A stretch of 64,000 nt of DNA from Epiperipatus broadwayi (lineage: Eukaryota; Animalia; Onychophora): positions 16,120,001-16,184,000 of the forward strand of contig JAQFVV010000003.1 of assembly GCA_028023455.1 (NCBI GenBank), given 5' to 3'. Under the pieces are notes generated by a model. That model was not told where the DNA came from. It did no database searches and saw only the letters and a list, made by a program, of their open reading frames with translations. Shown here one piece after another: positions 12,538 through 25,800 of this stretch; the stretch's first letter is position 1, and each line of letters begins with the position of its first letter. The position numbers and the translations under genes are program-made.

Positions 12538-13450
12538 CAAAAACATTGCTGGCACATGCAAGTGATAAATGTCATCAACTAGAAACACCCATTTTTCAAA
12601 AAAAGTAAAACACCTGAGGCGCTAAATTAAAAAGGTGGTGGGAAGGGACTACACTTAAAAAAATGGCGGGAAAACGTCACATTAAATAGCATAAGGTGCT
12701 ACTATCAAAAAAAAAAGGGCGGGAAAAGAAAAAGAGGTGAAAATTAAAAAATACTTTAAAATAAACCAAAAACACTAATTTATATATATAGTCATAATCA
12801 AACATTGCAAAAAAAGTGTGGGGGGGGGGGGAGAAAAAGAGGTGAAAAATAAAAAATATTTTAAAATAAACCAAAAACACAATCAAAAAAAATAAATAAC
12901 GCTATAAATCCAAGCATTATAATAGTAAATCTCAAAAAATTACAAAATCAAAAACACTATAAATCCAAGCATTGTAATAGCAAATCTCAAAAAATTAAAA
13001 ACGCTATAAATCTAAGCATTCCAAGCATTGATAGCAAATCTCAAAAAATTAAAAACGCTATAAATCTAAGCATTGTAATAGTAAATCTCAAAAAATTAAA
13101 AACGCTATAAATCTAAGCATTGTAATAGTAAATCTCAAAAAATTAAAAATGCTATATATCCAAGCATTGATAGCAAATCTCAAAAAATTAAAAGCGCTAT
13201 AAATCTAAGCATTGTAATAGCAAATCTCAAAATATTAAAAACGCATAAATCCAAGCATTGTAATAGCAAATCTCAAAAAATCAAAAATGCTATAAATCCA
13301 AGCATTGATAGCAAATCTCAAATTTTTTTTAAGTGTAGTCCCTTCCCACCACCTTTTTTAATTATAGCACCTCAGGCGTTTTACTTTTTTGAAAAATGGA
13401 TGTTTCTAGTTGATGACATTTATCACTTGCATGTGCCAGCAGTGTTTTTG
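12538..13450. mobile_element. Non-autonomous element with ~125-bp TIRs and a minisatellite core
   Basis: 12538-12664 and 13322-13450 are reverse complements (CAAAAACATTGCTGGCACATGCAAGTGATAAATGTCATCAACTAG...). No TSD seen. Confidence 0.85.
12897..13320 (+). repeat. 47-bp minisatellite, about 9 copies
   Basis: Unit AAAAACGCTATAAATCTAAGCATTGTAATAGCAAATCTCAAAAAATT repeated head to tail with no unique spacers. Confidence 0.95.
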
Positions 13451-14956
13451 TCTGTTTCCAAATTCAAAATGGCCGCCGAGCGCATACTATATCAGCACAT
13501 TTATCTTAGAAGGATAGACAGCAAGATAATAAATTGTTTTACAATAGTTACAGTCAGAAAACCGTCACTGAAAAAAATTTATAAGATTTATTACCTTCTG
13601 AAAAATCACTAAAAAAGCAAATAACAGTTCCAAAACAAGAGTTTAGAAAATTTTAACAAGACAAAAGCTTAACAATGTAACACTATATAATGGTTGCCCT
13701 TGATATCAGTACTCAGCAATAGTATGCATTAAGATTTTATTTAATATTTTCAGTTTTCACTTGAGTATATGAAATTAATATTACTTTTTTATTTATTATA
13801 TATTTTAGAAAAATGTGTTGCACCAATTTGTAGTTAAAATTTTGTTCAAAAACAAATCTACATTTTTAATATTTTAGTAAAAAAAGAAATGCATTTCCAA
13901 ATTTCTTTCACTAGCTATAATGGTAGATATGAAAGGCATACAACCAATTATGGAATTCATGTAAAGTTTATAAAATTAAATTTCTAATTGTTCCTACATA
14001 ATTTTTCTACTTCCTAGCTTTAATTTGGCAAAGTTATTAATAATGGGCTAAGAAATATGATGAAATCTCATTTTATTGATAAAATTTAGTGAATCAGATC
14101 ATAAAAAAATGAAATTTTGAACTTTTGTAAAAATATTTTAACCATTAGTACAGGTTCTTTAAAAACCATCAAAACTCTATAAAGACAAATATGATGTAAC
14201 TGACATTTCTTGATAATGGAAAATTGTTTAGATAATGTTTACATTTTATTTTAATTTTTTTTATTAATGATAAAATCTTTTGCAGTACCTCATTAATATT
14301 ATTAAAAAAACAAACAAAAAAAATCATACATTTCAAATATTTATTTGTAAAAAAAAAAAGGCATATTTAACATAGAATTTCACGGTCATAAATTTCATTG
14401 TTATATAAAATGCAACAAAACAATGGAAATAATTTGTTAGATAACAGTTTTAATTAATTAAAAGCATTTTTAATAATAATGAGATTAATATACAAATATA
14501 TCTAAAACTTCTTTTTTTCTCAAATTGCATGTACATCAGAGCTAATTTAGCCAGATCCAAACAATCTATCAGACACAATTAATAAAAAACCAGCAACTAT
14601 ATTAAATTATTTATTTAAAACATAAATAGCAATATTATAAAATTAACTGGAAAGAAAAAGAAATCCCAAAGAGGGAAGAAATAACAGCTTCTTTTTAATG
14701 CATAACAATAAATTAAATAGATATAATACCATGAAACAAATTTCATGCCAGAAATATATTACAATGTTCTAAATTATAGTAGTCTTTCATCTTCATATAA
14801 AAGAAGTATCAGTTATTCAAGGAAAGGAGAATAGAATTGCAGGCCAATGAAACAAAAATGAAAACGATTCATCACTTTCTATCTCACTTCCCACTTTTCT
14901 TCCTGAAAGATATCGGGATTTATGAAATTAAAATCCACAATCAGATGAAACTTGAA

Positions 14957-14983
14957 CTATGTCAATGTTTCGCCTTTGGTAAC
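14957..14983 (-). CDS. BRK1: BRK1 coding exon 3 (27 nt including stop)
   Basis: TTTTAG acceptor then GTT ACC AAA GGC GAA ACA TTG ACA TAG = VTKGETLT*, the conserved BRK1 C-terminus, in phase 0 with exon 2. Confidence 0.95.
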   Translation of the reverse strand, partial: VTKGETLT

Positions 14984-15189
14984 CTAAAATACATAAACAC
15001 AAATGGAAAACATTTTAATATGACAATATTTAACAAAGTTAACGTCTTATATAAATATAGACAAAATATTAATCTTAAGTATCTATATTCAACATTTTTA
15101 ATAGCCAAACAAAAATTCAAAGATTAATAGATTAGATTAGACACAAACTAAATTCTTAAAAATATATGGCATTGTTATAATATATCATC

Positions 15190-16686
15190 TGTCCACTAGG
15201 TAGTAAGTGAGTATATATTTTGTCAGGTCTTTTTTTTGCGGATGATATATTTTTGTGTGCAGAAACAAGAGAAAATATGGAAGTTATGTTGAGGACATGT
15301 ACAAGGGTGGGTAAAGAGATGGGGATTAAATTTAATGAAGAAAAATCTAATATAATGATGGTTAATACTGGGGAAAGAGAAGATGTAGAATTTTTGTTGG
15401 GAGATATTAAGTTAAGTGTGGTGAATAGATATAGTTATTTGGGAATTATTTTAAGTAATCAGAAAAATTATTTGGATGAATAGAAGAAAAAAATTGATAA
15501 ATGAAGCAAAGAAAAGAAAGGGATTGATAAAGAAATTAACAGTGTTTTCATATAATAAATATGATGTAGCTAGAATTATATGGAAAGGAGTTGCAGTAGC
15601 AAGGTTAATATATGGTGTTGATGCATTATATGTTAGTAATGGGGTATTAAATTACTTAGAAAAAGTTCAAAGGGAAGTAGGAAGACATGCATTGGATGCA
15701 GATGTATGGGCAGCAAAGGAGGCAATTCAAGAAGAAATGGGATGGTCAAGTTTTCATATGAGAAATGCAAAAAGTAAAATGAAAATGTTTGGTATTTAAT
15801 TGGGTTATGAGTAAAGGGCAGGCAACAAGATGGGTGAGAAAGGTAATATGGTATGCAAAAGATTTGGATAAAGAATTTATATCTGTATATTTGTACAAAA
15901 GATGGGATGATTGTGTTAGGAGGATTGTTGAGTGTTATAGTGGTAAGGAATTGGATAAAAGAATAGATTTATTAATAAAGAATAGGGAGTTAGAGAGATG
16001 GAGAACTAGTTTGGAAGGTAAAAAGAGTTTAATATATATATAGAAATAAACAGAATATTAGGTGTGAGTTAATTTATTATAATAGTAAGGAAAGTAGTTT
16101 ATTGTTTAAGGCTCGAACAGGATCTTTAGTAACAAGAGAATATACATGTAAATGGAAAAATATGGGTGATTTAGTCTGTAAATTATGTAAGGAAGGAATA
16201 GAAAATATTAGGCATCTATTAATTGAATGTAAATGCTTGAAAACAGAAAGGGCATATATAATGAAGTTATGGAAAAATAAATATGAAAAAAGTGATTATA
16301 CAGAAAGTAGATTATTGGTTTTTATGTTGGGTTTGGAAAAATATAAGGGGGATTTAGATATAAGGGCTGTAGAGTTGACAAAGATTATGTTGTGGAAATG
16401 GGATGGAGCAGAATATGGGAAAACTTAGACTGGGGAATGTAAAATTAAGTAGCTAACAAGTTTTTCTTGGTATAATTGCTGAGAGATTCTTGACTTCGTT
16501 TAAGAAGAAGCTACAGTACATCACATCACATAACCAAAGATTATGTTGTGGAAATGGGATGGAGCAGAATATGGAAAAACTTAGACTGGGGATTGTAAAA
16601 TTAAGTAGCTAACAAGTTTTTCTTGGTATAATTGCTGAGAGATTCTTGACTTCATTTAAGAAGAAGCTACAGTACATCACATCACC
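15190..16686 (+). mobile_element. 5'-truncated non-LTR retrotransposon (RT C-terminal half, zf-RVT-like CxxC...HxxxxC, CATCA tail)
   Basis: ORFs 15220-16428 give SGLFFADDIFL, YSYLGIIL and CKLCKEGIENIRHLLIEC with only a few frameshifts. Ends in (CATCA)n. Antisense within BRK1 intron 2. Clade not assigned. Confidence 0.92.
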
Positions 16687-17289
16687 AAAGAAAAACTAAT
16701 TGACTGAAAATAAAACGTATGTAGTAATTATTCAATTTATAGCAATAAATATATTAAATAGACACACAAAAAAAAATTGGAATTATTATTAAGTATAACT
16801 ATTAGATTTTTTAAAAATAATCTTATTTAATCATTAATTGATTACACAAACAAAAAATAATATTTATTTGCTTACAACAAATTTTACTGCTTCAATTTTC
16901 TCAGAAAATGTTAAGACTTTTAATAGAAATTTACAAACAAAAGAAAATCTTTTTAAAACCATTAATAAGCCTTTGAATAGTAAGTTATAAGGAGAAGAAA
17001 ATAATTTTTAAAAGATTGAAGTTAGCATTTCTAAACTTAAAAAAAGAAGAATAATTAAATGATTTAGGATTGTTATTACCATTTTAATTTTAATAATATA
17101 GAAACAAATAAATTAAAAAAATAATTCCCATTGAGTTGTGATTAATTGGTGATAATGATAATAAAAAAAACAGCCACTCAAAAATGAGTATGACTATTCC
17201 AACTCCAAACAAAAAAAAAAGAAGAGAAAGAGGGGGGAAAAACCTGCTCTCAAAATGAGCTTTACAATGATTATACAAATTAATCTATG

Positions 17290-17960
17290 AAAATACATTC
17301 ACACACAGAACACGCTAGTCAATTTTTCTGTTTGCTTGATATTTTAAAATGCTGTCATTCAGTTTCCTCAGTAGATAATTTTTTTCTGAAATATTTCAAA
17401 ATCATGTCTAATAGGAGTTCCCCAATGTTTTCTATTCTCTGCCATATCCTTCCAACAGAAATAATTGATATTACACTTCCTTAGAATGTCTTTGAAATAA
17501 TCCTTATAATAATGTAGATGAGACCTATCCTGTGAAACCCATGCTTAAGTTCACCACAAAACATCCTTTTAGGAAATCCTTCATTGTTCTTTCATTTTAC
17601 ATGTTCACCAAAGGCTTGATTTTACAATAGTAAAATCAATAATATCTCTTTCAGTAAGTTAAAGAACATATTAATTGATTATACGATCCTGCCATTATAT
17701 TTTTAAAATTTTAGAGAGCATCCTTAACTGAAACTTTTCTAATGCTTTTATACTGATCTCAAAGAGGGTCCAAATTTCACACCCATACAATAAATTAGGT
17801 AAAATAAAACAGCTTTATTAATTTAATTGTAGCAGTTATTTCCCTACAATAAAAGCAGCAGCACAATGGAGTCTGTGTTAAATCTCAACATCTAAATCCA
17901 CCTTTTTATTTATAAAACTACCAAGATATTTAAACTTGTTTACATTCTCAAGCTAGAAGG
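17290..17960 (-). mobile_element. RTE-clade LINE 3' fragment
   Basis: Minus frames read FKYLGS...PNLLYGCEIWT...EKFQLRML and FPKRMFCGELKHG, typical of the post-RT region of RTE elements; degenerate. Confidence 0.8.
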
Positions 17961-18559
17961 CAGAGAGTTTTCTTCTATCACTTGCTCATAAAAAACTTTT
18001 TGAACATTAATTAAGCAAGATAGATGACCAAAACCATTTATATTCATGCTAGCACAGTATTTCTCATTGTGAATTAATTACAATAAAAATCATGCCGTAC
18101 AAATACCTACTTTAAGGCTGCCTGTTTTTCCCCTTATATTAGCAAAATTTAGGTTTATAACACCAGGATAAATATCTATTTTTGAAATCTAAAAACTACA
18201 CAAATCTGCAAATGATGTTTTACTTGTACAAACAAACAAATTTTAATTATTATTGGTTATTTAAAATCCACTACAAACATGATTTTCCAAACATTTATCC
18301 TATATAGTTACATTTGTATTTAAGTAAGAATTTGCTTTTACATGTAGAGTGGGATTCAATAGAATACTCAATGAAATATTCTGAAACCAGTTCTGGAGTT
18401 TAATCCTCATTTTTTATAATTTCCAATGGAATACAAATAAGAAATTTTAAATCTGTATTCATACACACATAAGAAATGGATAAAGTAAAAATTTATAATA
18501 TCTTTATTAATATAATATAAAGTTTTCTTTCTCTTGCACTAAAAACTTATTACATTTTA

Positions 18560-19060
18560 TGTAAAAATAGAATTGTATAATATTTAATAGTGTCTAAAGG
18601 AGCTCTTCCTCATAAAGAAATGCATAAGGCTCTCTGAGACTTTAACTTCATCAGAAAATCAATAATAATTAAATGCCTAATATCATCGTGTTCCTCAAGC
18701 TAACATTTGATTATGTGAGCTATATAAATTAGAGCATTATCAACTTAAAATTTCCACAATATGGAATGAAATCCTCCTCTATCCCCAAAATATTCAAAAG
18801 TCAGCAGCTGAAATAGATCCATGCAGAGTAAATGATGGAACCAAAAACAATACTTTAATGACAGCTGAAAGAAGACAATTTGGCTAAAAAGTTTTTTTGG
18901 ATAATTAACAATCATAAACTTTTCAGTGATACCTTAAATCCCTATAGTTCAGTGTCAGAGTACTTCAGCCAACCCTAAGTTTGAAATAGCAGCTTGTCTG
19001 CAAATAATCTGCTTACAAATCCCATGGAATCTCCAAATATGAGTTGACTCATGAAATGGC
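18560..19060 (-). pseudogene. Possible Ty3/Gypsy integrase remnant
   Basis: Frameshifted pieces EIPWDL*ADY, MIVNY and VDNAL resemble PW..V.ADLF, VVDY and SDNG, in the expected order. Confidence 0.35.
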
Positions 19061-20689
19061 TTATTCCAATTCTTTGTATGCACTAATTTCTGAAAACAGT
19101 TGTTCAAAAATATTTTATTCTATCTTTGGTAAATGCAAACTTATTAAATTCTAACTAATTGGAGAATAAGAGTTTGATTATTTTAATGTGACAAAACTGA
19201 CATAAACTTTCTATCAGAAGTTTCTTACACTCTTATTATGATCTATCTGTAAAATATATATATATATATAACGGCATATAATTTCCAATTCAAAATATAA
19301 TGTAATAATGACAAGTATCCTTGTTATTTTGTAGAATTCTACATATATATATAATCTTTCTACATTACAATTATTTTTAGAAAAATAACACATTTGAATT
19401 AATCATGAATAGATGTAAAATTATCACAGGAATAAAATTAACATTTCATTGAAATCATTGTCCAATAAAATTGCTGGCTAGAAATTTACATAGATACGTA
19501 CATAGCATTTCCAGTACTTCAAGAATGACAGACCCTATGGTTTAAATCTTAAACTTTGTATATTGTGGGCTAAATTTGGCACTTTGCATCATTCGTAATA
19601 AAAATTAATAACAATTCATGTAAAGTAATACTGTAAAACCAAGATGTTCTGGCATTTATTCTATAATTTCATAATTATCACTTTTCTAATCCAGAGTAAA
19701 GTCATAACAGTTTTAAATTTTTATTTTGTATTTATTCAAATTTATTTGATCAAAACCATTTTCAACATAAAATTTATAAAAAACAAAATGAAGCTAAGAC
19801 TGATTGATTCAAATTTGAAAAATGAACTGAAACCTTTCATTTTCTAAGCAGATTCAGAAGTCACATTAAAGTAAAATTTAAATTTATTTCAGAATATATT
19901 AATGTATTATAATTTTTTCTATAGTAAATTATGATACTATGAAAAAATAAATAAATAAAAACTACCTAATATTATTAATCTACAATGTAGTATATTTTTA
20001 TGAAGTCATGCAAAAAAGTTGGTGCTTTATTGTAAAACATTGGCTATCATGATGTATATTTTTCTTAAATAATTTAAAGCTATAAAGTGTGCATGCATTA
20101 AAAAGAATAATCATTAAATATACTGATTTTAAAAATTTAAAATATAAAAAGAAAAACTTACAAGAAAAAAGTTTTAATTAAACAAAATAGAAATAGGAAA
20201 ACATTAAAAGTTATTCTTTTCAAAAATTTGCCATTAGTGTTGATTACACCATAATGTACAACAATATTGTAAAATTAAATTAAAATTAGCATCTATCATC
20301 ACTCTTATGTTGACAGAAAATGGCTAATGAACTTCTTAATTTAGTATATATATTTTATTTTTTTTGTAAGCCTAATCATATAATATATCTATTACATATT
20401 CTACAATTACTTAATTGAGAAGGCATGGATTTGCACAGAAGGAATGAAGTGATGGATGGTGATAGGCTGTATATAATGAATTATTTTATGATAAAACTAT
20501 CGATTAAATAATTATATATTTTGAATAATAATTGTATATTATACATATATAGCCAAAAAAGAGCTTAGAATATTATAAATTGTTGAAAACAAAATTTAGA
20601 TTAAAAATAATGTAAAATTAAAAATTCATGAAAATAAAAATTTACTATTTATTTGTGTAAAACATTACTAATGAAATTTCAAACAGATT

Positions 20690-21316
20690 TTCTTGGAATC
20701 ATGGACTAGGAATGAGCATTTGTCAATTAACTACACCATTTTCATAAACAATAGTGGATGCAAATTTAGCATTCCAATATAGGCTCATGACAAAATTCCC
20801 AAGATTGCTTCATTTATTTTCTATAAAAGCTGAAATTTATAAGGATGCCATTTATATGCAAGGCATGCTACTTTTTTAACATTGATATGGCAGCAGATTT
20901 CTTGCAGTTGAAGTAAAAAAGAATCCAGCATAATAAACTATACAGTGTGCCTTTAAATTTAGAGATAAACTGATGGATGATATAAAAGAATAAATATTTC
21001 TAAATGATATTCCAGAAAAGTAGTGCATTATACAAAACAATGTCAGGTTAAGGAAATTTTAGATGAAAACAAATTTCAGTTAATGAATATAGCACGGAGC
21101 CAGAGGAATCATAAGAAGCTAAATTTTTATTTTTGGAACCATTTAAAAGTGCAACTACATACAAAATAAATTAGCAATGTTTAATACTTAGCACCAGCAT
21201 ATTAATGAGGCATGTAACATCATTACTCTTAACATTATTAAACGAGTTTGTTGATTAGATAAAACATGTAAATTTGACTAAAGGAAAATGGTGGACACAC
21301 TGAGCAAGTTCCTTAA
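20690..21316. pseudogene. Tc1/mariner-like transposase scraps
   Basis: YKWHPYKFQLL on minus at about 20821-20856 and ENGGHTEQVP* on plus at 21284-21316 resemble arthropod mariner-like transposase motifs. The opposite strands imply two separate remnants. Confidence 0.4.
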
Positions 21317-21674
21317 ATAAGATTTTGTTTTGCTTTTATGCATATATATTGTAACATTACAGAAAGAGTAATATGGGGTGATGACAGGCATCATCATTCC
21401 CACAATATCAATGCGTACTGTCAAAGAATAATCGTCAACAAATATAAGAATATAAGAGAATAGGAACATAAGAGAATCAGAATTAAATAAAATAAGTAAT
21501 TACGTTAATAGTAAATTGTGTCACCAGCATTAAACATGAATAATCAACAGTCATCTCTTGTGTCTGGATCTAAAAGAAGATCAATATCAAGATATAGATC
21601 AATTATCTGACCAATACCAAACTTAGGGCATAATATAAAAAAATCATCTACATGCATATACTTAAGTGCTAAAG

Positions 21675-22101
21675 CAGTGGTCCCCAACCCTATGCCCGTG
21701 GGCACCATGTTGCCCGCAGACCATTTTATGTGTGCCCACCGCTATTTGAACACGATAAAAAATTATTTATCTGATACAAATAAATTTAATTTTTAAAATT
21801 TCTTATAAATTATTGTATTATATTGTAATCAAATTGTAGGGCATACTATACTTTTATATATATTTATTTATATATATATATATTTTTTTATATATATATT
21901 TAACCTATACTTTTACAGCGTAAAAATATAAACATTAATTATATGTTAAAATTTTATTTTTGAAATAAATATTTTTTTGTACATTATGTGTATTATTAAC
22001 AATATCCAAGTATAAATTTACATTGAAAAAATAAATGGTGCCCACCACCTGGCCAGTATTATAGAATGTGCTCTTAAGTGCAAAAAGGTTGGGGACCTCT
22101 G
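21675..22101. mobile_element. Non-autonomous hAT (Buster/Charlie-type) MITE
   Basis: TIRs CAGTGGTCCCCAACC / GGTTGGGGACCTCTG. Left flank TGCTAAAG and right flank TAAAG give a partial 8-bp TSD. Confidence 0.85.
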
Positions 22102-23300
22102 TAAAGTATCAATCATAATAAAAAAATGCTGGGTTCCTGATATATGCTGGTCATCATCAATGCTCTGGCCAAAAGATATCATGGGTGTACAGGCCAACTA
22201 TAATATAAATTTATAATTTTATAAATAAAATGCAGTGAATGAACTGTAAAGGTGATTTAGTTCAATCACATATACCCCCTACATTTATATAACTAAACTA
22301 TTACTGCTGTAGAACTAGCTCAAGATCAAAAGACCATAGGGACTGTAACAGTAAACAAAAGACAATATAAATGTCTAAATTTAATCCATTTTATCTTAAA
22401 TAGTTTTGCTAGGATCATTTACAAATCCCTTAAAGCATAATCCTAGGACGAAATTAAGTCACACTGCCAATTCATAGAACAGAAAGTTGGAGGAATAAAG
22501 ACTTTTAACATTATTATTTTTAAACATTATTTAATTGAATTAGCCAATGAATACTAAATAATAAAATTCAGAAAATTATATGACAATATAAGAGTTCCAA
22601 ATGTAACATATTCTATTAAAAAAATCGTATAGAAAATAAGATTAACTTGTTGATTCTTATTATTAAATTAATTAACATTTACTTTCGCCGAGTTATTATC
22701 CCTGTTAATAATTAAATCTGGAAAACATTTCATAATAAAAAAATTTAAGATTAATTAAAATCTTCCCCATTTCTTATGAAAAGGGGAAAGTCCAAAATTT
22801 AACATTTTGAAGGAGAAATAAAATAAATAATAAACATGTTTCAACAACAGTAATACATAAATCAACATTACTCATTACTATCAATTATTATTAATATTAT
22901 AAAAAAAAAAATATTTACAAATGTAAATGTGTAAATAAAAATGTGAAATTGAAGATGTGCACATCAACTATATCTTATTCTTTGTAATTATAATTTTCAG
23001 TTTATTTCCTATTAGTTTTTCATTCTTAAAGCTTCAAGTGTTGGGTTTAAAAAATTCTTTTTATAGTTTTCTCATTAATTTTTTCTTTCTGTAGCTTCAA
23101 ATTTCCATTATGATGATAACATCCAAATTAACACTGATTTTCAGGGTAGGTTAACACACTTTAAATTTATTCATTTTACAATATAACAATTTTCATACTA
23201 ATACAGATTTCTAGGTCAGGTTAGTACAAGCTGATATAGAACATGCTTTTGGATGGACACACAAGGCTTCTTGCCAATCATTACCAGTAATATTATCCTT

Positions 23301-23705
23301 AATACTTTCGTATTAGACCTGCTGTGAAATATCACAGCAGCATTCATTCCATGATAATTATTCTAACTTTGTGATCATGTAAAATATATTGGACTTTTTT
23401 TTCGAGTCAACCAGTTGTAATTTTATAAATCTACAAACTGATGTCCACATACATAATATCGAAAGACTGGAGCTCTGCCAAATGGCAGAAAAAAGAACTG
23501 CATATGAGCATTGGCTGAATTTATATGGAGGATGTATATAAAAATGAATGCTTTCCTTTTCATTTTGGAGGACATCAAAAGGTTCAGTCTGTCCCAGTGA
23601 TTGATATTTTGGGATAAAGAAATTGACCAATTAAGTTTGTCCAAAGTGTGATTTTATAAAATTGCAAGGTTGGATATTTCACAGCAGATCTAATATCAAA
23701 GTACC
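23301..23705 (+). mobile_element. Merlin (IS1595/ISXO2-like) deletion derivative
   Basis: TIRs TACTTTCGTATTAGACCTGCTGTGAAATATC / GATATTTCACAGCAGATCTAATATCAAAGTACC. Inside, frameshifted VHIHNIERL(W)SSAKWQKKR...LAEFIWR matches the ISXO2-like C-terminal motif. Confidence 0.75.
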
Positions 23706-24759
23706 TTTTATATTTTCTTTTAAGGAAATAGGTTACACACTGGCTTGGTGATGCTTAGCTTTTAGCTAAAGCTTAGAACATGATTCTTTTCAAATCCATT
23801 TTAAGAAACCTTTATTATCAAATTACTAGTTAGGTTAATCTTATTTCAGACTAAATAATTCTCATTTTTCTGTTCACAGACTTCTGCTACCACTGTTTTT
23901 ATCTACAGCTGGATCTACTGCTTTAATCTGCCTCCATTGAAATCTGATTTTATTTTTATTATTTCAGATTTTCTTTTAAATTGTACAAAAATTTGTAATA
24001 TGATAGAAAATTTTATCGAACATGTGTAACACTTATTTTATTACAATTTACATCATGTATGTATGCACATACTATTTTCAAATATATTGGCAAACTGTAA
24101 GTTAATGACCTCTTCTGAATCTTATAAAAAATTATTTCATGCACATATGGAGTGATCACATGTGTATATTTATGATTTGTGCAATTTTGTGGTTCCTACA
24201 GCTAAATAGCCTATTTCATATTTTTTTTCAAATAATCTGGTAAGTAGACAGTTTTATTAAGCAATTTGGACTTGTATATGATGTATAATTTTCCCATGGC
24301 ATTAGCACAAGTTTTCTTAGGATGTGTACAGGTTAAGAAAATTATTTTAAGTGTTTATGATTAGTGCACTTGGAGTTTCATGTTTTTTTTAAACAATTAT
24401 TTAAAAACTCTTGAAAATAAAACTGGAAAGCATTTGCTTGATTCTGGTTATGTTGTTCCTATTTTTGATGGTAAATAATAATAAAGTAGATGTTTAAAAA
24501 TTATCAGGAAAATATCATCCAAAAATAAATATAGTCCAAAATTGCTTTTAATTATTCTAAATTGTTTTTATTCTTATTTTATTTTAAGAAGACTTGTTTC
24601 TTTGACAATTTGTTGTACTATTTATGAATCTTTTAAAACAAAAATTAATATTTAGACATTTTTATTTTAATTAATTAATTATTTATGTATTTTGTTTGAA
24701 ATTCAGACTTTGGAAATAAATTTATTTAAATTTTTTATTAACATGACCTCAGAAAATAT

Positions 24760-25800
24760 CAAAAAATTTAAATATGAACACGAAAATAGATGCTTTCAGA
24801 AAGAATGAGTAAAAAAATTTGCTTTTATTGACAATAATGAAGGATGTTATGTCTTATTTGTAAAGTTGAAATTGCAAACTACAAAGTAGGCAATTTACAT
24901 TGACATTACAAAGTAAGTCAACCCACTTTTTAATTCAAAATACATACAATTCAAAATTGTAAACAGAGAAACTTAAGTTATTGACATCAGGTCTTCATAA
25001 GCAACAAGGACTCTTGTTCTCTTTTAGTTGAAAAGATGATACAGCCAATGAAGCTAGTTTTTTGGCAGTTTGAAATATTGCTCATGCCAAACATCTATAT
25101 AGAGGAGAATTTATTAAAAGAAACTTGGAAGAAGTGGTTAAAGTTTGGATCCAGATAATACAAAACTGTTCCTCATGATAAACTTATAAATGTTGCAACT
25201 GACAAAGCCCCTGCAATGATAGGGAAAAACCTAGGCCTTATTGTTCTTTTAAACAATGTTCCTAAAATTCCACGTTTTGTATCTCTTCACTGCATAATTC
25301 ACCATGAGCATCTTATAGGAAAGTACTTCAAATAGAAAATGTGTGGAAGATTGCTTTGCATATTGTGAATTTAATTAGAACAAATGCCAAAACACACTGT
25401 CAATTTAATAACTTATTAGAAGAGTTAAATGATGAAACAGATGAATTGCCCAGTGATCTCTCCTTCTGGTTTGTTATAAGCTGGCTGTCAACTAACAATG
25501 TTTTGAGCCATTTTATAAAACTCCTAAATCCTATTATAATATTTTTAAAAGAAAAAGAAAAAAAATACTCAGAATTAGGAAGTAAAACTTGGCTTTCTGA
25601 CTTAATGTTTCTTAAAGACATTATGGAACATTTACAAACACTTAATTTGGCATTACAAGGAAAGGGAAAAATGATTAGTGATTTGTCACAAACTGTATTT
25701 AGTTTTGAAGCTAAACTTTGGCTTTTTATGCATGATCTTAAGACCAGAATATTTAATCATTTTCCATGAATAAAAGTGAGTATAATTAATATAAAAGAAG
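24760..25800 (+). pseudogene. hAT transposase pseudogene (Buster/SPIN, GTF2IRD2/EPM2AIP1-like)
   Basis: ATDKAPAMIG, LHCIIH, SWLS, WLSDLMFLKDIMEHLQTLNLALQG and AKLWLF motifs (ORF 25341-25769 plus upstream frames). Possible TIRs CATGTGTAACAC at 24021 and GTGTTACACCTG ending at 26253. Confidence 0.9.

Noticed and set aside
12897-13320. Regularly spaced repeats resembling a CRISPR array
   Set aside because: Units are head to tail with no unique spacers, there are no cas genes, and the context is eukaryotic. It is a minisatellite.
14837-15127. 96-aa plus-strand ORF
   Set aside because: Antisense to BRK1 exon 3 and its flanks, starts with TTG, and has no recognisable motif.
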